Below, one piece after another: positions 25,464-37,500 of a stretch of DNA of 64,000 nt; the first letter of the stretch is position 1; every line of letters begins with the position of its first letter. A model generated the notes under the pieces. It was not told the DNA's origin, did no database searches, and saw only the letters and a program-made list of their open reading frames with translations. Source of the DNA: Heptranchias perlo (Eukaryota); the NCBI RefSeq assembly GCF_035084215.1, contig NC_090354.1, forward strand, positions 3,472,001 through 3,536,000, written 5' to 3'. Position numbers and translations under genes: made by a program.

Positions 25464-25558
25464 CCCCCCCCCCCACACCCCCACACCCCCCCCCCCCCAC
25501 ACCCCCACCCCCCCCCCCCCCCCCACACCCCCACGCCCCCCCCCCCCCCCCCACCCAC
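25464..25558 (-). repeat. G-rich low-complexity tract on the minus strand (poly-C/CA on +)
   Basis: About 95 bp of C runs separated by ACA/A/ACG. Confidence 0.85.
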
Positions 25559-27877
25559 TTACAAGGGCATTGTGCGGAGTTCAGTGTGCTTAGCAATAGA
25601 CAAGAGGTGATGGACACAACGTTAATAGTCTTTGGTATAACAAGTTTCTTTACTTTTAAAAAAAATAAATATTACACTTTATCCAACATTACACATTTAG
25701 TATCTGACAAATCTCTATCTAAAAACACGCATGTAAAACTAATTGAGACGACAGACCACCATAGTTTGTTTGTATTAAATGTCAGATATTTTGATGAACA
25801 TTTAAAATACACGCTATTCTTAAGTACAAACACATTTTAGTTATAGTGTATAATGTCCACTAAGGGTGTACGTTCACTGCAAGAGGTATAATCGGCACTC
25901 ATGGCATGTTACAAGCTGGGTTTTAACCGATTGCTATATATTCGCATTATTTATGCAACAGATGTTCAAAAGAACAACTACCTATCCCCCAGTGGACATT
26001 ACTTCTCAAGAACATTGACTGAAACACTCGCCTGTGTCTATATCTATTTTCATTTGCCGATGTACTTAATCTGGAATTGCTATTGCGAGTTCGTATTAAT
26101 TTATTGGTTTCTCACATTCCATTCACGTTTTGATGGGAAGCTTTACGCCACGTCTGTAGTGTGGAACAGAATGAGAAATTAAACCGTAAAATTGAGGCTG
26201 AATCTTGTTAAACAAATCGGGGTCCAATTAGTTCCCCACCCAGATGGGTTTTTTTTGCCCTCAACATGAATCGAGAAGCTTTGAGGTATTTTTAGGTGTA
26301 GGGAGGAAAAATATAGATCAATGGCAAATGAAAAAATGAAATTAGTAGCCAGCGGGGACCTATGCGAATTGTTTTCTGTTTGGGAGGTATGAGCAAGGTG
26401 TATGGAGGCCAGTTCATGAATAATTTTAGTCACTTGATGTTAGTCAAAGGGACACAGACAAAAAAATCGCTATGTAAGAATCTGTCCTTTCATAACAATA
26501 AGATCATCAAAAAGCGTTCAAACTTAGTACTTGTTTCTTTCATTTAAATGCTTATATCAATAAATGTGCATCCAATAACTGTTTTACCTCTTCCGCAAAT
26601 CTTTATTTAGCAGACATCTCCAGTTATTAGATGTTATTTTAAGTCAAGTCAATTGTAAAACATTTTGTTAATCTACATAACAACAGTCAATGCATTTCCA
26701 AAGCAAGTTATAGTGTAAAAGCTTTAAGACGTTTCCACGTGAAAGACGCTAAATAAATGCAAGTGTTAATACTATAATCTCTATGAAATCGATTTGCAAT
26801 TTTTCATAGTTTGTTATTTCCAAGCACCTCTATTTAACTGTCCTTTGTACGATGCGGTCGTGCATTGAAATGGAAAAATCAGATTTTATTTGGAACTCTT
26901 AGAACACTTTTTAACAACAATCGTGTTTATTGGGCATTGTGATTGCCCACTGAAAGCACATGAGAGCAACGAAGAGAATTGCACATTGTTTGATATCATT
27001 TTTGTAAAGCGTGCCCATTCAATGATGTGCATAAATAGTCATTCTTACAAACTAAGAAGCAGGGGGATTCTTGATAGGGCGATCATCTAGGAAAACGTGT
27101 TTTTACCTTTATGTCCTCTTATTACTTTAAGAAACACCTTTGCTTTAAGACAAAGCAGGATGTATCTATCTATAAGCAAGAAATAATTCAAAATTTATTC
27201 CTTGGTAGACCTAGCATTTCCCATAATTACTAACCTCTAATTGTTTCAACATGCCTCTCTATTTTGAGGCTATTTTGTTGCTATACTTTAACAAGTGCTT
27301 CAAACATTCTTGTGCGTGAACTATGTCTGCGCAGATGGTGTTATCTAATAGTGCCGATTTCTCTTTTGTCTCACAACAAGCGGAAGTTGCAGACCCTAAA
27401 ATGATTACTCTTGTAAGCATGACACATATATGTGGTATAACTATACGTAGTTTAAATCCAACAAAAAGGACAAAATGTACAATGCAAACCAGATTTTATT
27501 GCCTTTTCCAAACATTCTTTCAGTTCCTTTTCTCATAATTAAGTGATAGGGCACTAAATTAATTGATGGCAATTAATGGACTTCTGTGCAGTAAACGAGT
27601 CTTCAGAATGTGCTCATTTTCAAAAGCAAATCAGTACCTTTTTGTTATGTTTCGTCATTTTGAACTTGCAATCCCTCCATCCCACCTTCTACCCTTCCCC
27701 TTAGCGGGCTCATTGTTGTTGTAGTGACTAGACTTGTGAACTTGCAACTCCTCCCCATGACCACCAAACTCCCCCCTCCCCCCTTCAATGTTGTTGCAGC
27801 GTCCGGACTTCTGCAAGGAGATGCCTTATATCGTCCACTGTCTCATTTTCTTAAATTGAAAAGCGTTAGCCCGTTCA

Positions 27878-28149
27878 TCAGATGGGGAAAGTAGCCGATA
27901 TTTCTCGAACTCTGTGCTCCCGGCTCATCTTTTTCAGTTTCATTCTTCGGTTTTGAAACCAGATTTTGACCTGTCTGTCGGTTAGATTCACGCCCCGGCT
28001 GATCTCCAGGCGGCGCTCTCGAGTCAAATACATGTTAAAGAGGAATTCCTTTTCCAGCTCCAGTGTCTGGTGCTTGGTGTACGGGCAGCGTTTCTTCCTT
28101 CCGCCCTTCGGCGTCAGCCAGTTTATCGCATTCTCAGCCCTTGTGCTCT
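27878..28149 (-). CDS. HOXB10: HoxB10 exon 2 (homeodomain)
   Basis: [90 protein letters not shown]. Acceptor TTGACAG|AG at 28150-28151, tandem TGA stops. 325 aa with exon 1. Confidence 0.92.
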
Positions 28150-31100
28150 CTGTCAATCGGGAAAAACAAATTGTCAGACGACCTGCTGAATAAAACGGGT
28201 TCTGTTTTTTTTCTCTTTCTTTCACCATCAACGATACCATGACTCAGGGTTTTGAAGGAGGTCTCCCAGTTGGGAGCGGGGAGGGGTGGGAGTGTCGGCT
28301 TACAGTCAACTAGTGGAATGTGAACAGTTCAGATTTTATCCCGTTCCACATTAGCACAAGCTGTAAATGATATTGTATCACAACGCTGCATTACCGGTTC
28401 GAATATATATGCTATTAACTTTAGGTCTTATCAATATAAGTGTTCCAACAGCTTTACTTGAAGATAAATCTTGCACCTGGACAAATAATTACAGTGAAGG
28501 CCTAGTTAAGATTGAATCTAAAATGATATTTCAAAATCACATTACACCTAATCCTTGATTTCTAACAAGATTCAGATGCAATGCAATGGAATAAGATATC
28601 ACAGACAACACTTAAACCCCCACCCTTTTTACAGTTTACATTCTGACTGTAAAGAGATAGGATTGTCCCGAAAGCTTCATTGCAAAAAACGTCACGAGTA
28701 GGTTTTAAACAGCTAAGATAGCTTAACATTAGCAGAAAATCGTACCCCTAAATTCTAATTTATAAGCTCCCCTTTTAAAAAATGTGCCTAACTAGTTTAA
28801 GGTAAACCTGTTGTATTTCCAAGGGGCATCTCACAAAAGGACTTTTAAGCATCTATTAACTTTCCAGAGTCAATGATTAGTGCAAATGACCTTTTGAAAA
28901 TTGTTTTAGAAGCGTGATGCAGCATTGCAAAATAACCTTTAACTCCTATAATGTCGCCTTTACACTGGATTTTCACTTAAAGGTTATGGTTTATGCAAGG
29001 AAATGGGAGTAGCTCCTTTGCGGAGAGGGCAAGGAACACAGATGTTTTCAACGGGAAGTCATGCGCCTTTTTATAAAGCGTCTCGTCGCTATTCATTTTA
29101 TTTTATTTGCTGAAAGTCTCCCATTTATTTTGTTAGTTTTTAATGCAACAGTTGACGCACTTTGAAATAGTTTTTGTCATTCGCCGCCCTTTTAAGTGAG
29201 TGTTCTGATGAAAATTGCTATGCTGACTGTTTCTACATAAACTTTTAGACTTATTAGCAGGATTTTTAAATTGTAAAAGGATCTGTGGTTCCCATGTTTA
29301 TTGAGGTAAACCTCACTGTATGCGAGTCAAATGTCGCCGATGCCGCCAATATCGCTGAATTAAACTGAAATGGGATGAACCAGAAGTCATTATTGGCAAA
29401 AAGGTCAAATGTACCCAAATTGTATGTGCAAAGATACACCCAGTTTCTCAACATCTTTGCAGTCTATATTGGTTGAAGACAAGCTACTTGGGTCCCCCGA
29501 GTCCTAATAACTCTTTTGTGAAATCCTATAGTTGCAATTAAAGTCTATAATTTAACCCCGTTGAAAGTGCGGATATCCATTCAACAGAGGGTTTTTAGGA
29601 TAAGAAAATATCAGATGCAATTTCGTTGATGTGAATTACACCCTGACACAGGGCAAGCTCTTGATTTTTTTGGAGGGGGTTAAAAATCATGGAACATAAG
29701 AAATGTCCAGGTTTGTTGATCCAACTACTGTACAAAATTTGTAAAACTAATAACGTCATAAAGAAGCAATCGATAAAGAGCTAAAATATTCGCTCCATAC
29801 GAGAAACGGTGTGTGTAGTGCAGGGATCAGCTCGTTACCGGCCATCTTTCAATTAAATTCTAAGGAGAAAAACACGAAACCTATTTGCGGGAATATCACA
29901 GCTTAAAGAATCTATAAATGGTTATTGATTGGCCATGCTCTTAGCTCTTGTTTAGATCGCAAGATCTTATCAATTCCATTCCGTTCAATGACATATCACA
30001 ATTCCCCAATATTAACCGCATTCGTACTGGATCTTCCTGTCCACAAATATTATTTAAAGTCATAAAACCTGTTTTTAAATATTCGCAAACTATTACGGCC
30101 TGACTTTGAAGCACCAGGTACAATTCAAGAATGTTCGTTGCGTCTGTTCTGGCGACCCAATGATAATCAATACATGCGAATGTATCATACATTTCAAATT
30201 AATAATGTGTGGTCAAATACATACGTGCAAGACATGGGGCTAAATTATAATATTTTTCTTTTATCTGTGTTTATCTGGCGCTCCAAATGGTCAAAAAGGA
30301 AAGGAATTAGATAATAGTCGGACTGAAATCTCCTCAGGTTTCTCCAATAGTTCTTTTTGTAAATGCTGCTGTGTCAATTTCTTGGTCGTATTGCTGTGTG
30401 TGAGAGTTGCACCATGTGTTACATTTTCTATTCAAATGCTATAACTTAATTGTGCGAACCTTTAGATCAAAATGGAAACTGCGTGCTGTGATTACCTTGG
30501 CCTGCATGCATGTAAAATGCGGAAAATTACTCAACGAGACTGAAGTGACCGGAACAGCAAGAATTTGAAAAGAAATACAGTCCTAAACAACGTAACCTGG
30601 GGTTCGGTTTAAAAATGAGCATGCAAATTTACAATATATCTTTAAGCAGTAAGCTAATTATTGACTGAGTAAAGCATTTTAATTACATGTTGTAAAGTCA
30701 TATTGTATACTAATGTCTGAATCCTACTCGCGGATTTATATTGCAACTGTTATGATTATTTTATATCAATAAAATATATTATTGTTTGGGAAGTTGTTTG
30801 GGAAATAACTGATATGTGTGAATCGCAATGTACGTTCTAATTTTAAGTATCGATTAATTATGTGCAAGTTCAATTTTTAAAACAGTCAAAATCCCAACTC
30901 AATTTAAGGGCTCCGTCTTTATTAGCTACTTTGTCACGTCATTAGGCTCTTTGTGTGAAGCTGACGTTATTTCAATGCAGCAAAGATGGCGGAAGCGTTG
31001 TTGTTATTGAGTTTAGTTTTTTTCCTGAGCCAAACTGAGATTTTTGTTATCAACTAAAAATGGAAATTCAATGTCCTTGGAAGTCAAATAATCTCCTGAA

Positions 31101-32298
31101 ACTGGGCACATCAACAGGTCTGTGCAATAAATGGATAACAGCAATGATATATTACCTATACTTTTTATATTAAAAAACTGCTCAATGATATTTCACTCTA
31201 CGGAATTAAAGGTCGACCAGCATTGAGTGTTCTGTCAGTGATCAGCTCAACTATGGGCTGTTCATTGGTAAGAAAGAAATCATGAGTCCCGACATCTACG
31301 GAGGGTGTTTATAGTTAATTTACAACAGTCCCCGCCAAGTCTATTTGTCAGTTTAAACTAACCTTTATCAATTCAGAATTACCCAGTCTGTAGTTTGGGT
31401 GCACACTTTTGATTTAGTCTAGGTTCTGTCAATAAATGGCATTAATGCAACCATACACAATTGAAATGAAAAAGACGATAAGATTGAAATACATAACTTT
31501 TCTCTATTCCTAAATGAGAGTTAATTTTACTTGCGAGGTGTTCCCTGTCTGTTTAGTGGGACAAGAGACACACTACACGCCCCTTTACAATACCTAGCCT
31601 CAAATTCACAGTGTAACGTGTGCTTCACATGTCCCAGATTTCCATAACAATACAAACAGTTGGATACACCATTGTTACTTGACGTGTAGTACAGTCTTCT
31701 CGTTTGTGTCACTTGTTTGTGTAGGTAAACATTCAATAAAAATCAGTGTTAGACAGAAAGAGCAACTCATCAGCCCAACATTTATCCTTAAACCTTAACA
31801 ACACACAAAACAGACACAAACAAGGAACCAGCCATTTGAACTGCTAGGGTTTGGGCCGATTTTACAAAGGACTTGTAGACTTTAATGCAGTTGAACTGGC
31901 TTCGCTTTGCAATGTTTCTTTTTTTTTGTTTGTGAGTAGGGGGAGGAAATCCGTTATGGCGAATCCGAGTTGATTATAACTTCCTACGAGTTATTGCATT
32001 CTGGTGTTTACTCGCTTCTTTCCTATTGTGTAGCGGGTCAGGGTAGGGGAAAATTATAGATATTTGTTTTTTATTTATGTTTTCCAGAAAAAAGGAAAGG
32101 GGAATTACTCCAACGCAAAAGTTAAACCCATTGACCACCTGTTACATAATAGTCAATTTCTGAAAGAATCGGTAAAGCGATAGTAAAAATTGCTTGATAT
32201 TCATTACACTTCTCATAGATTGTGTTAGAAACAGACCACAGCCAGAGCACCATCGGAATTATAGATACCTACCAGGAAATAGCATTAAGGGGACCTCA

Positions 32299-32923
32299 AT
32301 TACTAATTAGCATGTCAGTTCAATTTGTTTGCCCCTGTGGCTCTTTTATCCCTAACTTACCGAGGAGCGAGGTCTCATAAAATAATACTGCAATACCTCT
32401 GCAGCGCTGTGTGATGTAATTTTCCTTTGGCGCCATAATCTAGTTCCATGGCAACAAAGAGAGCTTAAGTAAATATCACATGGTGCCATCAAGCTCATTT
32501 TATTTATATTCAGTATTTGGAATTTGTAGTTGCATCTTAGATTGTTTTGATACATGAGCCAACCATTGAAAGACCATCGCTCGGATGCTTAGATTGCTGT
32601 TCGCCGGGTGTCAGCCTCACAGCCAACATATCAACACCCATAGCTGTTTATCAAAAATATTGCTGACCACTAATGCAACGTTTGCGCCAAAACCCTAAAC
32701 TCGAGCATTTTCTGGCATTTCATTTAAAGGAATATTTATCTGCATATATTTATGTTTCTATATATGTATGTATAAACTCTCTAATTATCCATGCAATGTT
32801 ACCCACATACATACACAGACATTTATATATATATATGCATACATATATACAGAAGAACGTATGTGTATACATGATGCCTCGGATTACTAATTAGTAGGTC
32901 AGTTCAATTTGTTTGCCCATGTG
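32299..32923 (+). repeat. 41-bp direct repeat pair (32299-32339 and 32883-32923)
   Basis: ATTACTAATTAG(CAT/TAG)GTCAGTTCAATTTGTTTGCCC(C/A)TGTG, 38/41 identical. Confidence 0.9.
32361..32436 (-). CDS. Candidate alternative first coding exon of HoxB10 (MAPKENYITQRCRGIAVLFYETSLL)
   Basis: ATT-ATG-G start, 25 open codons plus 1 nt, consensus donor CG|GTAAGT in phase 1 (in frame with exon 2), TATAAATA 65 nt upstream. No transcript evidence. Confidence 0.35.
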
Positions 32924-33130
32924 TATACGTATAATTATATATATTTAGATAAATGTATATATCTGTATATACAAGCATATAGATATACATATATATCGGC
33001 ATTATAATTATATAGATATATATGTCATTTTGTAAACATTTATCTGTGTATATAATTATAATTATGTATATATGCTCATAAAATTATATAGCTATATAGA
33101 CATATATATATTTGCATATATGTCATTATT
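32740..33130. repeat. Degenerate (TA)n/(TACA)n low-complexity region in HoxB10 intron
   Basis: tatatatatatgcatacatatatac... seen directly. Confidence 0.8.
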
Positions 33131-33560
33131 TATGTGGTAACGGAAGCGCTATTTTAAGTTTATATTTTACTTGATATAACTACAGCTTAAAGTTTTCTTC
33201 TTAAACATGCCTTGCATTTGGAAATGCTCATTTATTTTTGCCTAGGTGGGTTTTTATATTGGGGACTTTTACAACGGTTTCTAATGCAGCTAAGGAGTGG
33301 CCTTCAGAACAGGAACCTTCCGTTGTTTTGATCTTTAAAAGGGTCACTTAAACGTGTTTGTAATTTACTCTGCCGTAACGGGTCTGTCCTATAAATTACT
33401 CAAGGTATTAATTTGTACTGAGGGATCTTTGTGCTGGAGACAAAAAGGCTCCTTTATGGCCTAAATAAAGTCACCTTGCCGCAGATGAGAGAGCTGCCTA
33501 TGTTCCTGTTCCAATTGCCGTGTAATTGCTTGTCTTCCTTTCGTTCATGGTTTTACCCAC

Positions 33561-34266
33561 CTTTTGTTTCCTTCTCGGAAAGTGTCTTATTCGCGCCAGG
33601 AAACTGTAAAGAGGCACTTTCTCTTCCCCCGGTGTTCTTTCCCGCGTCTCCGCGGCCGGGATCGTTTGAGGTGCTCACTTTTATATCGTTTTCACCTGGT
33701 TTTGAGGAGGACGACGTGGCGAAGGAAGAAGTGAAGGAAATGTTGGACTGAATCGAGCACGGAGCAGTGACTAGCTGCGGTTGGTTGTAATCCGTGGGTT
33801 TATTTGATGGATAGGTCGGTTCTGAACGGAAGTAGCTGGGCATGGGAATCCTGCCACTGTCACTGGTGCACATTTCAGAAATCACCCTCGGGTACACTGA
33901 AACCTCAGGGCGCGTCTTCGCGTGCTTATCCCCGTCTAATAAACAATAGTTGGTTTCCTCCTTCACGCTGGACGCGAAGGAGAAAGTGTTTATCTGCTGA
34001 AGTCGGCCAGTGTGGCTGGATGGTGACGGGGTTGCCCACCCTGATATCCCTGGCACGTACTGATGTGGAACCAAACCTATGCCTTGCTGGTGATTCATTT
34101 CCCCTTGGATACGACGTGCTAGGCCAACTTGCCAATTCTGCACCCTGTAGCCCTGGTCCGGTCTGGAGGACAAATAACCCCCAGGACAGTAAGGTTCAGC
34201 TCGGCTGGAGCAAATTAAAGACCTCACTGAAAACGAGCTTGAAGCAGAATTCTCCGAACATGACAT
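33561..34266 (-). CDS. HOXB10: HoxB10 exon 1
   Basis: MSCSENSASSSFSVRSLICSSRAE...FSFASSVKEETNYCLLD...IPMPSYFR (Hox10 N-terminal motifs). Donor AAAAG|GTGGGT. 706 nt, phase 1. Intron 5411 bp. Confidence 0.88.
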
Positions 34267-34394
34267 AGCTGCAGCTTAATTTGCTGAGGAGGGGGGTGGG
34301 GGAGGAGGGGGGGAGGGTGGAAAGAAAAAAAAAGGTCCTTATCAAACTGACATTTCTCCTGGACTCATCAGAAGGCGGCGGTGGACAACTTCCT

Positions 34395-34550
34395 CCCAAC
34401 CGGCCAATCAGAATGCCAGTAGCCACTGCAGGCTCCGCCCACATCACGGGGGTTTTGAAATGAGACGAAAATTGATGCATTGGTGGGGCTCCGCTACACT
34501 TAGTTATTGTGACAAATACAAGCTTGTTAATTCTGCTTTAATTAACCAAC
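34395..34550 (-). promoter_or_regulatory. HoxB10 proximal promoter
   Basis: GGCCAATCAG (NF-Y), CTCCGCCC (GC box) and TTAATT/TTAATTAA sites 130-280 bp upstream of the ATG. Confidence 0.55.
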
Positions 34551-37500
34551 TTGGAAGGGAAGCCTCTCGTTCTCTACTAATAAATATTCACCACTTCAAC
34601 TTAAACACGGTGGTAGGCATTTTTTGTGTCAAATTAAAACAAAACAAGATTATATTTTGCAGGGATTTTTTCAGACAGTATGGCGACAGCAGGAACACTG
34701 AAGAAGCTACATGCATCTTTCAAGTTCTGTTTTGTGGAAGTAGTGATTTAGAGGAAATACGGACAAAAGAGGAAAACTGAAAGTAACACAGAAATTCACT
34801 AGTGGAAAGAATGCATTAGCTTTCAGGAAGAATGATGCCGGCACCTCGAGAAATAGGCATATATATCTTTAATGTGATAGATAAATATCTCTATATATAT
34901 ACATATAATTAATTTATTGGAACGGCTAAATGTTAATTTATAGTTTCAATAGCGTCATACAGTTAAGTGACATTAACAGCCTCCCATCAGATGGGACATG
35001 GCGTTTGGACTTAAGTTTACGTGAATCTGAAAATATATATTTTACACACACGCACAAACGTGATTCAAAAGCAAAGTTCAAGGTAGAGGCTTTTTTGGGT
35101 AAAGGTGGCAGTTTATATATAAAGATAGCACTGGGCGTGGGATCTCTGCAGTTTCCAAATGCATAAAATATGAATATCATTTCAAACAATACTGGGTGTA
35201 ACAATACGGCGTGAATGATTGTAACAACGTACAAATATTTAACTTTTGTTCTAGGGTCTCTCTCTTGTACTGTACTGGGTTAAAAGAGGGCAATGAGATC
35301 CAGGGTTCGAAGATGGCCGCAATTCCCCCCTCACAAATATTTTAATCCGTTCATCTAGCTATTTGAAAAAAGAATTACGTTTTATCTATTTATTTTAATT
35401 TTTCGCTGTTTCTCGAACCTGTTTTTATTTTTTTAACAAAGAAATGGCAAAACTTCACTTTACAGTTTCGATTTTGTATTCCGGAGACTTTTCCCTTTGC
35501 CTATTTTAATTTTTATTGAAGTCTTTAAGTTCCTTATTTGCTATTTTAAACGTTAAAGATGATTATTTATGTTTTATATGCTTAAATTCTGCTATATTTA
35601 TTTATTTTTCATAAAGTATTAAGCTTTGGCGGACTAGAGAGCTGAATACACATATAACTAAACAAGCAAACATGTAAATAAATAGGTAATTTTACTAATG
35701 CAAGTGCGTATATTGGACACATACATCTTTCTGAAAGAAAGGAATCTTAGGCCTGCAGTATATTTGTGCAGAGCTGTTCATTTAGAGACCGTTCGCTTTG
35801 CCATTAATATATATCCATTAAATCTGACTTTATGTATCCCTAAGGTTTTGAACTGAGATCAAATCTCCGGTGCAAACATGTCTTTGCAATAGCAGTTTTG
35901 GGCCTAAATCTGTTTTTTTTTAAGAAAGGGAGGATTATGTAAGTTGTCTCTTTCCCGAGACTGAGATATTTTATAGCCATTCTGTCAAATCACGCACAGG
36001 CGCCAACTCAGGGGAAACAAACTTTATTAACAAAAAAAAATTAACTCTGAAATATTACCCCCTCCCCCCGCGACCTCACGTTACCAACTGTAAATATTTT
36101 TAACAACAAAAAAAATCTAAATCCTGACGATGACAGATTAGGACATTCCTATTGACAACTGACTAACTACAGATTTGGTGGAGTTGTCCTTTTCAACCTC
36201 AATTAAATCTGCTTTCGTGACTAAAGTTAAAACTGTACAGTCCGCACATATTTTAATTCACTGGAAGCAGCAGCAACGAATCATCAATGTGAGTTGGAAA
36301 TACAACCGGAACTCATATGTTCTGCTGTTAATTGAATTAGGTTGTAGATGGGATTCGACGCCTCTCACACCCCTACCCACCCCGAGAAATACATCATCTA
36401 AAATGAAATGAAAACACCTTTGTATGTAGAACTGGACTTACTTACAATTTACAACCGGGTAATATTGCAGAAACGCAATAGTGGATTGTAGCATGTTATT
36501 GCCACATGGACGAGACACACGTGGGGACACTTTTTCTACCCGGAACTGCAGCAATAATTCTACAGAAATGACTAAGGGGCGACTTTCAAGAGAATAGGCT
36601 GAGGGATTATCCCGTCCCCTGCTTGTAACGAGACCCTGGAGGACAGTATTTTGGGCACCGTCTAGGACAATCTAAAGCGCAGGCAACTCTTTGTGGGGGA
36701 GAGAGAGTAAAGGGGTGAGAGGGGAATTATACAGTGGATATCATGCATACCAAATAAACACAGAATATAAATGCAGGACTCAGAAAGTGTTCTTTAATAC
36801 AATAGTTCCACATTAGTGTATGTATGTGTGTATATACACTCGTTAATCTCTGGATAGATTATGCAGTTACGTTATAGTCCTTACCTAAACACATACGCAC
36901 AAAATTGCATAACTGGGTCGATAGACACATAATTCGGCTACATTTTATGATTCATTGTGCATGTAAATACCACATGTACTCGCGCGCAGTGAAAAACGGG
37001 TCTGTTAAAAAGGGGCTGAAATTGCTGCTCTCACACGTTGTTAAGGATATACTGCTGCAAAACTGCAGATTTGGATTATTTTTTAAAATAAAGGTTTGTA
37101 GAAACTATGAGGTTAGATTGCACAGTTGAATAGTGAGGCATAAAATAATTATTAAAAACACATGGAGATTTGGGATACTTTTAGTGAGATTGTGAAAACA
37201 GTCCCGCCCAACAATTAGATTAACCAAATTATGAATTTGATAAGTAATACGTCCTTCTCATAGGTTTCATTTGACCTCCATAATCCGTTGGTACCTTTAC
37301 TTTTAAAACACGGTGTTTTACACACGAATTTACGTGTATTCCTTGCACAAGGGTCTTGGTAAACAGTGTATACGTCCAGTTTTAGTATACGTGCTGCTGA
37401 ACAGCCAGAATTTACCGATCAAAGCAATTTATATGTGCTTATTGAATAACAACATTCATTTTGTATCCCCTGCGAAAAAAAACCCATGGGGATTGTAAAC

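Noticed and set aside
33555-33560. Second donor GG|GTAAAA 4 nt into the HoxB10 intron
   Set aside because: Phase 2; it would frameshift the homeobox exon.
33431-34268. + strand ORFs of 106 and 154 aa opposite HoxB10 exon 1 (likewise 7427-7792 and 18677-18994)
   Set aside because: Antisense shadows of coding exons with no recognisable domain.
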